Below are positions 19,028 to 29,289 of a stretch of DNA of 64,000 nt, in pieces. The notes under the pieces are model-generated. The model worked only from the letters and a program-made list of their open reading frames with translations, did not search any database and was not told the DNA's origin. The position numbers were made by a program, and so were the translations under genes. Numbering within the stretch: the first letter of the stretch is position 1; each line of letters begins with the position of its first letter. Source of the stretch: Desulfobacterales bacterium (lineage in GTDB: Bacteria; Desulfobacterota; Desulfobacteria; Desulfobacterales; UBA5852); assembly GCA_963674755.2 (NCBI GenBank), contig CAXXVS010000003.1, positions 608,001 through 672,000 of the forward strand, given 5' to 3'.

Positions 19028-19809
19028 GATTCACTCTTTCGATATCGGCTGGCCGAACGGGCCGCTAGGGCCCCCCCCGCTGCGGCCAGCAGCGCCAGGC
19101 CAAGGAGAATGACGGTGGCGGCACAGGCGAACCCGGTCGATCCGTAGAAGGCCTGCAGCAGCACCACCGGATAAGGGCGGTAGAGAAAGCCCGCGATCAG
19201 GTTGGACAGCTGGAATTCCCCGATGGACAGGGCCGCCACCATGATGAGTCCCGATCCCAGGCTGTGGCGCAGAAGGGGGACGATAACATCCATGAAACGT
19301 TCGCGAAACGTAGCGCCCAACGACTCGGCGGCCAGCTCGAGTTCATCCAAGCGCAGATGACGCATATCCCCTACCAGGGTTTGCAGCAGATAGGGCAAGG
19401 TCAGCACGATGTGGCCGGCGACGAGGAGCCAGATGCTGCCCAGCCAGGGCAGGGCGTCGGTGGAAAAGAGGAGGATAAAGCCAAAGGCCAGCACCAGGGG
19501 CGGCGCGGCAATGGGCAGGAGGAATACGATCCGGGCGGCCAGCAAAACGCCCCTGGAAGCGCTCCGGTAAAGCGCATAGGCCAGCGGCACGGCGAGCAGC
19601 GTGCCGAACACGCAGGTGGCCAAAACCACTTCCAGGCTGACGGAAAAAGCCCGGCGGAAGCTGCCGTCTTCCCAAAGTTCAAGATACCAGGCGCCGGTGA
19701 ATCCTGTCGGAAGCAGGGTATTGGTCCAATTTTCGCCGAACGATCCGACAAATAGGAGAATAATGGGGATGAAGAGATAGAGTAAATAGATGCCGGTCAC
19801 AACAGCCAT
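19024..19809 (-). CDS. ABC importer permease (PotC-like)
   Basis: TM helices; ELAAESLGA motif. Confidence 0.88.
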   Translation of the reverse strand: MAVVTGIYLLYLFIPIILLFVGSFGENWTNTLLPTGFTGAWYLELWEDGSFRRAFSVSLEVVLATCVFGTLLAVPLAYALYRSASRGVLLAARIVFLLPIAAPPLVLAFGFILLFSTDALPWLGSIWLLVAGHIVLTLPYLLQTLVGDMRHLRLDELELAAESLGATFRERFMDVIVPLLRHSLGSGLIMVAALSIGEFQLSNLIAGFLYRPYPVVLLQAFYGSTGFACAATVILLGLALLAAAGGALAARSASRYRKSES

Positions 19810-19848
19810 CGGCCGGAATCCCCCTGTAATCGGTTGGTTTTTACCATG

Positions 19849-20133
19849 TGGCCAGTCCGCTTGACATTATTTGGACTGTCCACATCGAACTCGCAATCCG
19901 CGCCCATAGGATTTTTCACGAATACGGTATCTATCGCACCATGTCAACGGTTCTTGGTCTGACAGCGTTGATTTAACTTAAAATTAGCAAACTTAACGAT
20001 ATGTTAACAATTTGAAAATAGGCGGGAAGAAAAAGAAAGGGTAGCCGCATCAGCCCAAATTGCGTCTAACAGGCTTGATTGGTTGATAAATAATCGATAG
20101 AAAGCAGGCCGCTTAGAATAATTGGACGGTCCG
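19849..20133. promoter_or_regulatory. Candidate operators TGGACnGTCCA (three copies)
   Basis: TGGACTGTCCA at 19872-19882 (perfect palindrome), TGGCCAGTCCG at 19849-19859 and TGGACGGTCCG at 20123-20133, all between the divergent regulator and the ABC operon. Confidence 0.5.
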
Positions 20134-20243
20134 GTTGGGGTGGTCCTTTTCAAATCGTTTGGAATTACCGGCCAGATGGTGTATCCATCAATGTTATGGC
20201 GGGCCTGCGCCAACGGGCTTGGGATGCATAGGATATTAATGAT

Positions 20244-21341
20244 ATGGCCAAGGAAAACGGAAGCATTTACAATGAGATAAGGCACTTGCTGCTGAAAGAA
20301 ATCAAAGCGGCGCCCCCCAACACCAGAATTCGCTCCCGTCGCGATCTCATGCGGGAATACAAGGTGAGCCGTACCACCATCGATCGCGCCATTTCGGAAC
20401 TCATCGGCCAAGGCCATCTCTATGCCAAAAATGGCAGCGGTACCTATGTGACCGAAAGAGACAGCACGGCGTCCACCGGACGGCAAATGCGCTCCTGGGG
20501 CGTACTCCTGCCCGATATCCGCCACTATACCTACCCCGGTATTCTGCGCGGCATCGAACACGTCAGCTTCGAAAACGATGTAAACTTGATTGTGGGCAAT
20601 ATTGAAAACCAGGCCGCCCGCCAGACCAGCTATTTGCGCAATTTCATCGACAGCACGGTCAACGGGGTGATCATTGTGCCGGCTAGGCCGAACCCCAGCG
20701 AGGATCTGGAAGGCCAGCTGTTCACGATGCTCCAGGAGCTTAAAACACAGGGAATTCCCTTCGTGTTCTGTAACCGCAACGCCCTGGGAATCGAAGCACC
20801 CCAGGTGGTGAGCAATGATTTCCACGGCGGACTTCTGGCAACCCGCCATCTGGTAAACCAGGGCTACCGCCGCATCGCCTTTATATCCCACCCGCGGTAT
20901 ACCATCTCCCTCAACCGCTATATGGGCTACCTCAGCGCTCTCGATCTGGCCGGACGCCAGCCGGACGAGCGCCTGATCGCTTTTTCCGATTCATGGGAAT
21001 TCGAGGCGCCCGGCTACGTGGAGATGCGCCGGATGCTGGCCTGTCCGGAACCGCCGGATGCGGTGTTTTGCTTCACCGACCTGATCGCTCGGGGGGCCTA
21101 TCGTGCGGTATGCGAGCGGGGGCTCGTCCCCGGACGTGATGTGGGTATCGTCGGCTACGACGACAGCCCGGTTTGCGGCTCCCTGGATGTGCCGCTTTCT
21201 TCCGTCAAGATTCATTCTTTTGAGATGGGCCGGAAAGCGGCCCAGCTGCTCTTCGATGCCAATCTGCGATCGGCCGTTGGCCGCAATGTGTCCGTTATCC
21301 TGCCCCCCGACCTCGCCGTCCGGGAGAGCAGCCAGCCTTAA
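20244..21341 (+). CDS. GntR-HTH / LacI-type sensor hybrid regulator (AraR-like)
   Basis: N-terminal winged HTH (SRRDLMREYKVSRTTIDRAI...GSGTYV); C-terminal periplasmic-binding fold (HLVNQGYRRIAFI, VGYDDS). Confidence 0.9.
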   Translation: MAKENGSIYNEIRHLLLKEIKAAPPNTRIRSRRDLMREYKVSRTTIDRAISELIGQGHLYAKNGSGTYVTERDSTASTGRQMRSWGVLLPDIRHYTYPGILRGIEHVSFENDVNLIVGNIENQAARQTSYLRNFIDSTVNGVIIVPARPNPSEDLEGQLFTMLQELKTQGIPFVFCNRNALGIEAPQVVSNDFHGGLLATRHLVNQGYRRIAFISHPRYTISLNRYMGYLSALDLAGRQPDERLIAFSDSWEFEAPGYVEMRRMLACPEPPDAVFCFTDLIARGAYRAVCERGLVPGRDVGIVGYDDSPVCGSLDVPLSSVKIHSFEMGRKAAQLLFDANLRSAVGRNVSVILPPDLAVRESSQP

Positions 21342-21410
21342 CGGCTGGCAATCTCGCCGATTCAGGTCGGGTGACACGAAACCGACTCCCAGTTTGACCG
21401 CGAGGTCCCA

Positions 21411-23096
21411 TTAGATCCCACGGCGCTCCAGTCGCTTCCGGCCGATGGCCATCGGCACCACGGCGGCGGCCGCGCACAGGAGAACCACCAGCAGGCCGCT
21501 GGCCCAGGCGCGCAGGAACCAGCGGGTGGAAAGGGGGCGGTGGTAGAGCTGGGCCATGAGAAAGTGGTAGACCGGGCCGGCTTCCAAGGCCAGGACGGCG
21601 CCGATGAAGGCCGTGCTGAAGACCATGAAGAGCAGGCCTTCGAAACCGGTGACGGCCTGGGCCGGGTTTTCGGTGCGGAAATCAGGGTTGAGGGCGCCGA
21701 AGCCGATTCCCATGGCCACGATGCCGGGCACCATGACCAACACCGTCAGTACCGAGAGCCCCATCATGAAGGGGGCGACCTTGAGGAGGGTGTTGGTGAC
21801 CACGATCAGCCCTTCGGTCAGCACCAGGAGGGGCAGGAAGTAGATCGCGAATTTGATCCATAGAAAAGACCGCATGGCGAGGGGGGCGGTCTTGATGATC
21901 CAGAAGGCTTCCCGTTCGCTGCAGATGGCCGGAAAGGCGAAGCGGGCCGTAACGGCCGTCAGTACGAAGAGGGCCAGGCCCATGTTGAGAAAGGCCAGCA
22001 GATTCTGCAGGTAGAAGGTGGGCATGGGCGATTTCTCCAAGGGCAGCACCTTGAAGTTGTAGATGTAGATCACCACGAGGGCCATGATCAGAAAAATCTG
22101 GGACCACTGGGTCTGGTCCCGCCAGAACGTTTTGAACTCCTTGTCGATCAGGGCCCGCGTGGGGCCGGAAAACAGGCTGCGCCGCCGTCTTCGGCTCGCC
22201 GGCTGGCGGCGGAATTTATGGCCGGCCGCCTGGGTGCGGGAGTAGCCGCGGAAGTAAAGGGTGTCGGCCAACCCCACGCAGATGAACAGCAAAACCCCGG
22301 TGCCGCTCCATAACAGGGCGATATCGAGCAGCCCCCGGGCCGGCTGGCCTTCCAGGGCGGTCTGCAAGGCGTTGTAGGCCCAGGTGGAGGGCAGCCAAGG
22401 CGACGACGGGGTCTGGAGCGAGGCCACATAGGCCAGCACGCTGTCGAAGACTTCCGGATCCACCAGCTGTTCGGGGCGGGCCATGCGCACGGCGAGATAG
22501 ACCGCCACGAAGGCCAGCAGGCCCAGCAGGATGAAGATGTTCTTCATACGGGTAGCCGGGATGACGATCACTGCCAGCAGCACCAGGAGGCAGCTGAAAG
22601 CGGCCGCCAGCAGGGCAAAGGGGAGCAAGATCGCGGGGAGCACCAGCCCGAAGAGAAGCCCCTGTTCGAAGACCATGCCGTAGGCCAGGAAGACGGGCAG
22701 GGTGAAGATCACCACCATCCAGGAGCCGTCGAAGCTGATCTCCAGCCAGCGGGCCAGGAAGATGCGGTGGGCCGGCACCGGCAGGGCATGCACCAGGGGC
22801 AGGTCCCGGGCCAGGTAGAGCTTGGACAGGGCCGTCAGGATGTCGCTGAAGACCAGCAGGGCCAGGGCCGTCACCATCAACATGTTGAGGAGCTTGAAGT
22901 TCAGCAGAGGACCGATCTGCTCGATGGTGTTGAAATGACCCAGCACCCGCAGGCTCACCAGGAAGACGCCGATCCAGAGGAGGCCCGCCACGCTGGTCAT
23001 CACCCCCAGGCGGATGTATTTGCGGGCGGCGCCATTGGAACGCCGATGCAGCAGGGGCCAAAGACGGGGCTTGATGAGGTCCAGAACGGTGCTCAC
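21411..23096 (-). CDS. Putative ABC exporter permease
   Basis: 561 aa in two hydrophobic halves; KEFKTFWRD; overlaps the ATPase gene. Confidence 0.85.
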   Translation of the reverse strand: MSTVLDLIKPRLWPLLHRRSNGAARKYIRLGVMTSVAGLLWIGVFLVSLRVLGHFNTIEQIGPLLNFKLLNMLMVTALALLVFSDILTALSKLYLARDLPLVHALPVPAHRIFLARWLEISFDGSWMVVIFTLPVFLAYGMVFEQGLLFGLVLPAILLPFALLAAAFSCLLVLLAVIVIPATRMKNIFILLGLLAFVAVYLAVRMARPEQLVDPEVFDSVLAYVASLQTPSSPWLPSTWAYNALQTALEGQPARGLLDIALLWSGTGVLLFICVGLADTLYFRGYSRTQAAGHKFRRQPASRRRRRSLFSGPTRALIDKEFKTFWRDQTQWSQIFLIMALVVIYIYNFKVLPLEKSPMPTFYLQNLLAFLNMGLALFVLTAVTARFAFPAICSEREAFWIIKTAPLAMRSFLWIKFAIYFLPLLVLTEGLIVVTNTLLKVAPFMMGLSVLTVLVMVPGIVAMGIGFGALNPDFRTENPAQAVTGFEGLLFMVFSTAFIGAVLALEAGPVYHFLMAQLYHRPLSTRWFLRAWASGLLVVLLCAAAAVVPMAIGRKRLERRGI

Positions 23097-23848
23097 GGTT
23101 GCGGGACCTCCCCGGGGGCCTCATCCGGTGTCTGGGTCAGGTTGATGAAAATCGCTTCCAGGTTGGGCGCCCCGCCCCGGATGTCCCGGCGCAGGTCCTC
23201 CAGGCGGCCTTGGGCGATCAGCCGCCCGCGGTGGATGATGCCGATGCGGTCGCAGATGTCTTCGGCCACGGCCAGGGTGTGGGTGGACATGAACACCGTG
23301 ATGCCCCGGGCGGCCAGGTCGCGGAAAAGGTTTTTCACCATGCGGATGGCCACCGGATCCAACCCCACCATGGGTTCGTCCACCACCAGGACCTGGGGCT
23401 CGTGGAGCAGGGCGGCGCACATGATCAGGCGCTGCTTCATGCCGTGGGAATAGGATTCGATCAGTTCCTCGCCCCAGTCGGCTAGGGCGAACATCTTGAG
23501 CAGGGCTTCCGCCTTTTCCCGGAAAACCGTTGGGGCGACGCGGTAGACGTCGGCCGTGAACTGCATAAATTCCAGGCCGGTGAGCTTTTCGTAGAGGTAG
23601 GGCCGATCGGGAATAAATCCGATGCGGTGTTTAGCCGCCACCGGGTCGCGGGCCATGTCGATGCCGGCGATTTGGACGGTGCCCGAAGTGGGGGCCATGA
23701 TGCCGCCGATGATCTTGATGGTGGTGGTCTTGCCGGCGCCGTTGGGTCCGATAAAGCCGAAGATCTCGCCGGTCGGGACCGTGAGATCCAGTCCGTGCAG
23801 GGCGGTGTGGGTGCCGTAGGTCTTGACGATGCTGTGCAGTTCGATCAT
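23093..23848 (-). CDS. ABC transporter ATP-binding protein
   Basis: GPNGAGKTT, YSHGMKQR, VVDEP. Confidence 0.93.
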   Translation of the reverse strand: MIELHSIVKTYGTHTALHGLDLTVPTGEIFGFIGPNGAGKTTTIKIIGGIMAPTSGTVQIAGIDMARDPVAAKHRIGFIPDRPYLYEKLTGLEFMQFTADVYRVAPTVFREKAEALLKMFALADWGEELIESYSHGMKQRLIMCAALLHEPQVLVVDEPMVGLDPVAIRMVKNLFRDLAARGITVFMSTHTLAVAEDICDRIGIIHRGRLIAQGRLEDLRRDIRGGAPNLEAIFINLTQTPDEAPGEVPQP

Positions 23849-23961
23849 GGGAGAAGGGCTCCGCTCAGTAAACGGCCAGCCAACCCAATCTTTTCCCGTC
23901 GGAAGGGCGGTGGCTGCCGGTTCGCTTTGACAAGTCTTTCCGGTGTTTCGGTGGCCCGGGG

Positions 23962-25443
23962 TTATTCCGCCGCGACTACTTTGATCCGGAGATGCCCCAG
24001 GAGCGGCAGGATGTCGAGCTGTTCGTGCATCGTGCCTTGGGCGAAACGAATATGGGTCACGTCCGCCGGGATCTGGTCGAAGAGGGCATCCACGGTGATC
24101 CAGCGGCCGATGTAGACCCGATTCCAGGCATGGTACAAAAAGCGGCTCTGATGATAAACGAGACCGGCTTCCACCTGGGCCGGGAATCCGGCCGCCCGGG
24201 CCAGGGCCGCCAGGAGAACGGCGTATTCGTTGCAGTCCCCCATGCCCTGCTCAAGGGTGTTCAACGCGTCCGGCAGGGAGAGCACCGGGCGTTTTTCGAT
24301 ATGGGTTCGCATCCAGTCCACGATCCGCTGCAGGTTGGCCAGGGGCGTGTCTTCCGGAACCACCAGCCGGGCTGCCAGGGCCTTGATTTTGGGATGGTCG
24401 GACTGGACGAAATCCGACGGGGCCAGCAGGGCGGCGGCCGTCGGGGGCAATGTATCCCGTTTCAGCCGGTCGGGCAGGTGGGCCAGGCTCTCCCGGGACA
24501 GGATCAAGCGGTTGCCTTCCAGTGCCTGACGGCCGCCGTTCAAGGGATAGCGTGTCGGCGCGATGCCTTCCAGGGCCAGCGTGAGCCGGGTGAGATGGGC
24601 GGGATCGGGAAGGGGTCTGTCCGGCACCACGGCCGCCACCCGGGTCAGGTCTTCGCTGGCGGCGAGGGGTGGCCCGGCCAAGGCCGCCTCCCGGGACACC
24701 CTGACCTGGCGGATCCCCATCAAACCCTGTTCCATCAGGACCTGCCCGTCGTCATCCAGCCAGGTGTCCTGGGAAACGCCCTTGAAGGACAGGGTGACTT
24801 TCCAGGCTTCGATATCCTCCTTTCCAAACGGGACGATTTCACGACCCTGCAGGGTGAGCATGATTTCCTCCTGGGACATGGTGGAAGGATCGAAGATATG
24901 AAACACGTGGCGTGTCCCGGGAGCCGGATCGCTTTTTATCAGGGCCGGAAAAATTCCGGCGGGCAGATAGGGGGGCGCATCCAGGGGCAGCCGCAGATGG
25001 CGTTCGTTGTCGCCGGATCGAATGCGACAGACCAGGTGGGCGTCCTCCACCTGCCCCTGGGCCTGGAAGACGAACAGGCCGGAATGCATGGTGAAGAAAA
25101 AGCGCTGCAGCGACAGGTCCGGGTTCAGCCATCCACGGGAGTCCAGCACGAGTTCCTGCACGAGTCCCATGGTGTTGATGCGCATGGTGACCTGTTCACT
25201 CAGGTGATAGCCGTCCTCCACGGGCGCCAGGCGGCTGTGGGAATGGCCGATTTGGCGATCGCCCTGGAGGATGGCCATCCAGCGCTCCGATGCCGCGAGG
25301 GGGCCGGTTGGGGACTCCCCGGTGACCGGTGCGGCCGCCTCCTGTCGGGAGACGGTGCCCGTGCGCACCAAAAGCAGAGCGGTGAAGAGAAGACCGCATA
25401 GCAACCCGCCCAGCAGAAACCATCTATTGTGTCTCAGCGCCAT
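23962..25443 (-). CDS. Membrane-anchored transglutaminase-like domain protein
   Basis: N-terminal TM helix; Cys-His-Asp triad in GDCNEYA, YHAWN and WITVD. Confidence 0.88.
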   Translation of the reverse strand: MALRHNRWFLLGGLLCGLLFTALLLVRTGTVSRQEAAAPVTGESPTGPLAASERWMAILQGDRQIGHSHSRLAPVEDGYHLSEQVTMRINTMGLVQELVLDSRGWLNPDLSLQRFFFTMHSGLFVFQAQGQVEDAHLVCRIRSGDNERHLRLPLDAPPYLPAGIFPALIKSDPAPGTRHVFHIFDPSTMSQEEIMLTLQGREIVPFGKEDIEAWKVTLSFKGVSQDTWLDDDGQVLMEQGLMGIRQVRVSREAALAGPPLAASEDLTRVAAVVPDRPLPDPAHLTRLTLALEGIAPTRYPLNGGRQALEGNRLILSRESLAHLPDRLKRDTLPPTAAALLAPSDFVQSDHPKIKALAARLVVPEDTPLANLQRIVDWMRTHIEKRPVLSLPDALNTLEQGMGDCNEYAVLLAALARAAGFPAQVEAGLVYHQSRFLYHAWNRVYIGRWITVDALFDQIPADVTHIRFAQGTMHEQLDILPLLGHLRIKVVAAE

Positions 25444-25664
25444 TGCCCTATCTTAAGAAACGCCGCGTGTTGCCCGGCCATGCCGGCTTCGCTAAAGTGA
25501 ACTCCCATGTTAAGAGATGTCGCCTGGACCGTCAACCGGCGGGGGTGGTTTTAGGGCGCCGGGTATTTGTATTCTGTCGGTTGATATGGTAAGAATCGCC
25601 CGCCAACCCAAAAAGGCGGTCCAATTTTTTCCAGCGATTTATCAGCTAAAACAGGGAGTCAGGT

Positions 25665-25928
25665 ATGGCCCTGCAATTCAATGCGGTTGTTTTGTATTAC
25701 TGGTGGGGCGGGGCGGCCCTGATGGCCGCCCTCGGTGCCCTGGCCCGCCGCCGCTTCAAGGCTTTGGGCAGGATTTTGCTGGGGTCGGCGGCCGCTGCCC
25801 TGGGGGTTTGGCTTCAGCCGCAATTGCCGGAATCCTTTGGCTTTGTTATCCAGGCGGTCCTGATGCTGACATCGGCGGTACTGATCCTGCTCGGTATCGC
25901 GGCGACGTTTTCATCCGAAGCCCCCTGA
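25665..25928 (+). CDS. Small hypothetical membrane protein
   Basis: 87 aa with three hydrophobic segments; GGGAG RBS. Confidence 0.65.
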   Translation: MALQFNAVVLYYWWGGAALMAALGALARRRFKALGRILLGSAAAALGVWLQPQLPESFGFVIQAVLMLTSAVLILLGIAATFSSEAP

Positions 25929-25994
25929 CGATCCCGGACGGCTCTCTACAGGGACCTTCAGGCTAGGATACCCAGACAGGAGGGAACGGGTTGT

Positions 25995-26396
25995 ATGGCA
26001 GCCGAATCATTTGAAACCCTGTTTACTTCGGAGCGTTTGGAACGCCTCTTTCCCGCGGACCGCGCCGATCGTTTTTTCGATGCACTCTTTGGTGATGCAC
26101 GTGAAGGTGCTTACGATATCCGGCTGGATTACGACGGTTCCCAGAACGGCCAACTGCATTTTCTTTTTCAATTGTCCGAACGGCCGGGTAAATGCCTGTC
26201 CTGCAGCCTGACCTATGGGCTGCCCCATGTCTTCAGCCGTCACCCGATCATCAATGTGGCCGGTCTGGTACGCGAGATCGACCAGCTGCTGGACGGCTCC
26301 TGTCATTGCGGAACCTGGGAAATCGGCCGCACCATCGAATTCGATCGCAGCCACCACGCCGTTCCCCTGACGATCCAGATCGATCCGGCCGGCTGA
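25995..26396 (+). CDS. Conserved hypothetical protein
   Basis: 133 aa with RPGKCLSCSLTYGLPHVFSRHP; GGAGG RBS. Confidence 0.75.
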   Translation: MAAESFETLFTSERLERLFPADRADRFFDALFGDAREGAYDIRLDYDGSQNGQLHFLFQLSERPGKCLSCSLTYGLPHVFSRHPIINVAGLVREIDQLLDGSCHCGTWEIGRTIEFDRSHHAVPLTIQIDPAG

Positions 26397-26466
26397 CCCG
26401 ATCGATCTTCAGGGTCGCGAGCGCGCTGCGGCACCATCCTGTAGGCGACAAGGTTTTTCATAACAG

Positions 26467-28176
26467 GTGCGTACCATGACCGCACGGCAATGTTTCCTCC
26501 TTAAAAATCGGATGCTGGCGACCAACATCCTGGCCAACCTGATTGGTGCCGTGGTCATTACCAATTTGGTCTCGCCCCTTGAACTTGCCGAATTGGGCCA
26601 TCGGCAATTCGTTTTGATCCAGATGAGTTCCACCCCTTTGCTTTTCTTGCTGGGCTTGGTGGCTTTCATCCTCTACGAGCATCCCATACGCGGTTACCTC
26701 CAACAGTGCGACCCCGGCACGGAGGGACGACTCGTCCCGCCACAGTTGGTGCTGCGCCGCTTATTGAATGAGCCGTTCTTTGCGATGGCCCTCGATTTCG
26801 TTATATGGCTTTTAGCCGCGGTTTTCTGGTCCACCTATTTTGGGCGGATGGGCGAACCGGATTACGTGACCCGGCGAGCCTTTCTGATAAACCTGAACAT
26901 CGGCCTCATCACCAGCGTGATTGCCTTTTTTTCCCTGGAGCATATCTCCCAAAGAGCACTGGCGCCGTTCTTTTTCCCCAACGGTCAAATTTACAAAGTC
27001 CCGGGGACAATCCGCATCAGCATCCGGGTACGCTTGGCGGCCATGCTGTTCGCCTGCAATTTGGTGCCCTTTTTGGCGATGCTTCAAGCCTACTTCAACT
27101 TGTCGAGCATTGGCGATCCACCGGGCGCTATTCTGGAGCATCTGGGAGAGCTTCTGGTGACCAACTCCCTGCTGTTCATGGCGACAGGGGTATGGATATG
27201 GGTTCTGGTGAGCGCGAACCTCTCCCGTCCGTTTGCGTCGATCATCCGGACGCTCAACCGGGTCCGGGAGGGCCATTTCGACGACCGGGTGCGCGTGACC
27301 TCCAACGACGAGATCGGCTACACCGGGGACGTGATCAACCAGATGACCGAGGGCCTCAAGGAACGGGAGCAGATGCGCATGTCCATGATGCTGGCCCGGG
27401 AAGTACAACAAAACCTGTTGCCCCATAAAGCGGCCCGGCTGGAGGGCCTCGACATGGCCGGCACCAGTATTTATTGTGATGAAACCGGCGGGGATTACTA
27501 CGACTATATCCGCTATGCAAGCGGCGCCTCCGACGGTATGCCCCTGGCGGTGGTGGTGGGGGATGTATCGGGTCATGGCGTGCCCTCGGCCCTTCTCATG
27601 ACCACGGTCCGCGCGCTCTTGCGCCAGCGTCTGTCCCTTCCGGGCGATCTGGCGGCCGTCTTCAAGGACGTCAACCGCCAACTGGCCCAGGATGTGGGAG
27701 ATTCGGGGCGGTTTGTGACGCTGACAGCACTGGCCGTCAACCCCGGGACCGGATCCCTTGTCTGGGTGCGGGCCGGCCACGACCCGGCCATTCTATACGA
27801 CCCCGGCGCCAGGCGCTTCACCAGCCTGGCCGGGCCGGGGTTGGCCCTGGGGGTGGACGGTGCGTTTGACTATGTGTTGCAGCGCCGTGATCATCTGACT
27901 CCGGGCAGCATTATCCTGATAGGAACGGACGGCCTCTGGGAAGCCTGTAATGCCCAAGGCGATATGTTCGGCAAAGAACGTGTTCGGGAGGTGCTCCGGC
28001 GTCATGTCGGGGAGCCGGCCGCCGTGATCCGGGATGGGTTGGTGGCGGCCCTGGGGAACTTTCGGGGACGCGCCGATCTGGAGGATGATGTCACGCTGGT
28101 GGTGATCAAGTTCGAGCCCGCCCAGGCTGTCCCCCGGGATGCCATGGATCGGAACCCTGTTCCAGCGCGGTCTTGA
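26467..28176 (+). CDS. Membrane HAMP-SpoIIE (PP2C-type) phosphatase
   Basis: TM region, HAMP domain (SNDEIG), GGDYYD, GDVSGHG, TDGLWE, DDVTLVV. Start may be 26476. Confidence 0.9.
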   Translation: MRTMTARQCFLLKNRMLATNILANLIGAVVITNLVSPLELAELGHRQFVLIQMSSTPLLFLLGLVAFILYEHPIRGYLQQCDPGTEGRLVPPQLVLRRLLNEPFFAMALDFVIWLLAAVFWSTYFGRMGEPDYVTRRAFLINLNIGLITSVIAFFSLEHISQRALAPFFFPNGQIYKVPGTIRISIRVRLAAMLFACNLVPFLAMLQAYFNLSSIGDPPGAILEHLGELLVTNSLLFMATGVWIWVLVSANLSRPFASIIRTLNRVREGHFDDRVRVTSNDEIGYTGDVINQMTEGLKEREQMRMSMMLAREVQQNLLPHKAARLEGLDMAGTSIYCDETGGDYYDYIRYASGASDGMPLAVVVGDVSGHGVPSALLMTTVRALLRQRLSLPGDLAAVFKDVNRQLAQDVGDSGRFVTLTALAVNPGTGSLVWVRAGHDPAILYDPGARRFTSLAGPGLALGVDGAFDYVLQRRDHLTPGSIILIGTDGLWEACNAQGDMFGKERVREVLRRHVGEPAAVIRDGLVAALGNFRGRADLEDDVTLVVIKFEPAQAVPRDAMDRNPVPARS

Positions 28177-28202
28177 TCGCTTGTTTGCATAGAGGAGTTT
28201 AT

Positions 28203-28646
28203 ATGGAGGAACTGCTGCAGGACTTTCCGGTTACAATCCGGCTCCCCGTTGCCTGGGGCGAGATGGACGCGTTTCAGCATGTCAACAACGTGGTCTATTT
28301 CCGCTATTTCGAAAGCGCGCGCATTGCCTATTTCGATGCCATCGAAATCATGAATGTCATGGAGACCACCGGCGTGGGGCCGATCCTGGCCGAGACCCGC
28401 TGCCGCTACCGGATCCCCCTCACTTTTCCGGACACGGTCACGGTGGGGGTCCGGGTCAGTGCCCTGGCACCGCAAGGCTTTACGATGCAGTATGCCGTGG
28501 CCAGCCGCCGGCACGGCAAGCTCGCCGCTGAAGGGGACGGGCGCATCGTCACCATCGATTATGCCGGCGGGGGCAAAACCGATCTGCCCGGGGTGGTGCG
28601 CGAACGCATCCTGTCCCTGGAGGGGGAGCGTTTGGGGGCATCGTGA
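28203..28646 (+). CDS. Acyl-CoA thioesterase (4HBT-like)
   Basis: GAGGAG RBS; WGEMDAFQHVNNVVYFRYFESAR. Confidence 0.9.
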   Translation: MEELLQDFPVTIRLPVAWGEMDAFQHVNNVVYFRYFESARIAYFDAIEIMNVMETTGVGPILAETRCRYRIPLTFPDTVTVGVRVSALAPQGFTMQYAVASRRHGKLAAEGDGRIVTIDYAGGGKTDLPGVVRERILSLEGERLGAS

Positions 28647-28647
28647 G

Positions 28648-29214
28648 ATGAACGAAAAAAGCATGAACGCACCCCATCCAATTCCCCCATCGCCGCCGCG
28701 CGGCTTCGACCCTTTCACCGATCGTCCCTCGCGTACCGTGCGCAACGCGCTTGCGATACAGCTGAAGGCCTGCATTGCCGCCGGGGAGATGTTCGGTGAT
28801 GCGCCCCGGGATCTCGTGCAGCAATTTCCGCAGCCGCCCTATAGGGCCTACATGCAGGACCGGGTGGAACGCTACCGGGCGGCAACGCGCGACATATTGG
28901 CGAGCGGTGCCGAACCGCTGGCCCAGGCCGCCATTCTGCATCGTCACGGCTTGTATTTCGAATCGCACGAGATTCTGGAACCTTACTGGCTGGCAACATC
29001 CGGCCGGAAGCGCGAGGGGTTGAAGGGCCTGATCCAGGCGATCGGAGTCGATGTCCATCGGGAAGCCGGGCACACGGCCGCCGCCGAAAGCCTGGCGCGC
29101 AAGGCGGTGGCGCGGCTGCGCCGGTTCGGGGATGCCCTCCGCGATCAGCAGGCGATCGACATTGATAAACTGGTGACCCGGTTGACCCTCATAATCGACG
29201 CCGCGGGCCGCTAA
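28648..29214 (+). CDS. DUF309 domain protein
   Basis: YFESHEILEPYW...LKGLIQ motif; start position uncertain. Confidence 0.75.
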   Translation: MNEKSMNAPHPIPPSPPRGFDPFTDRPSRTVRNALAIQLKACIAAGEMFGDAPRDLVQQFPQPPYRAYMQDRVERYRAATRDILASGAEPLAQAAILHRHGLYFESHEILEPYWLATSGRKREGLKGLIQAIGVDVHREAGHTAAAESLARKAVARLRRFGDALRDQQAIDIDKLVTRLTLIIDAAGR

Positions 29215-29289
29215 AAACTCCAGGCGTTTGGTATTCGTCCAACGGCGGCCTTCGGCGGGATCTTGAAAACGACAGGCAGACCATAGCTC

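Noticed and set aside
19809..19847. Possible frameshift in a G5 run separating an upstream ATG from the permease
   Set aside because: The G-run works as an RBS for ATG 19809 and the protein looks complete.
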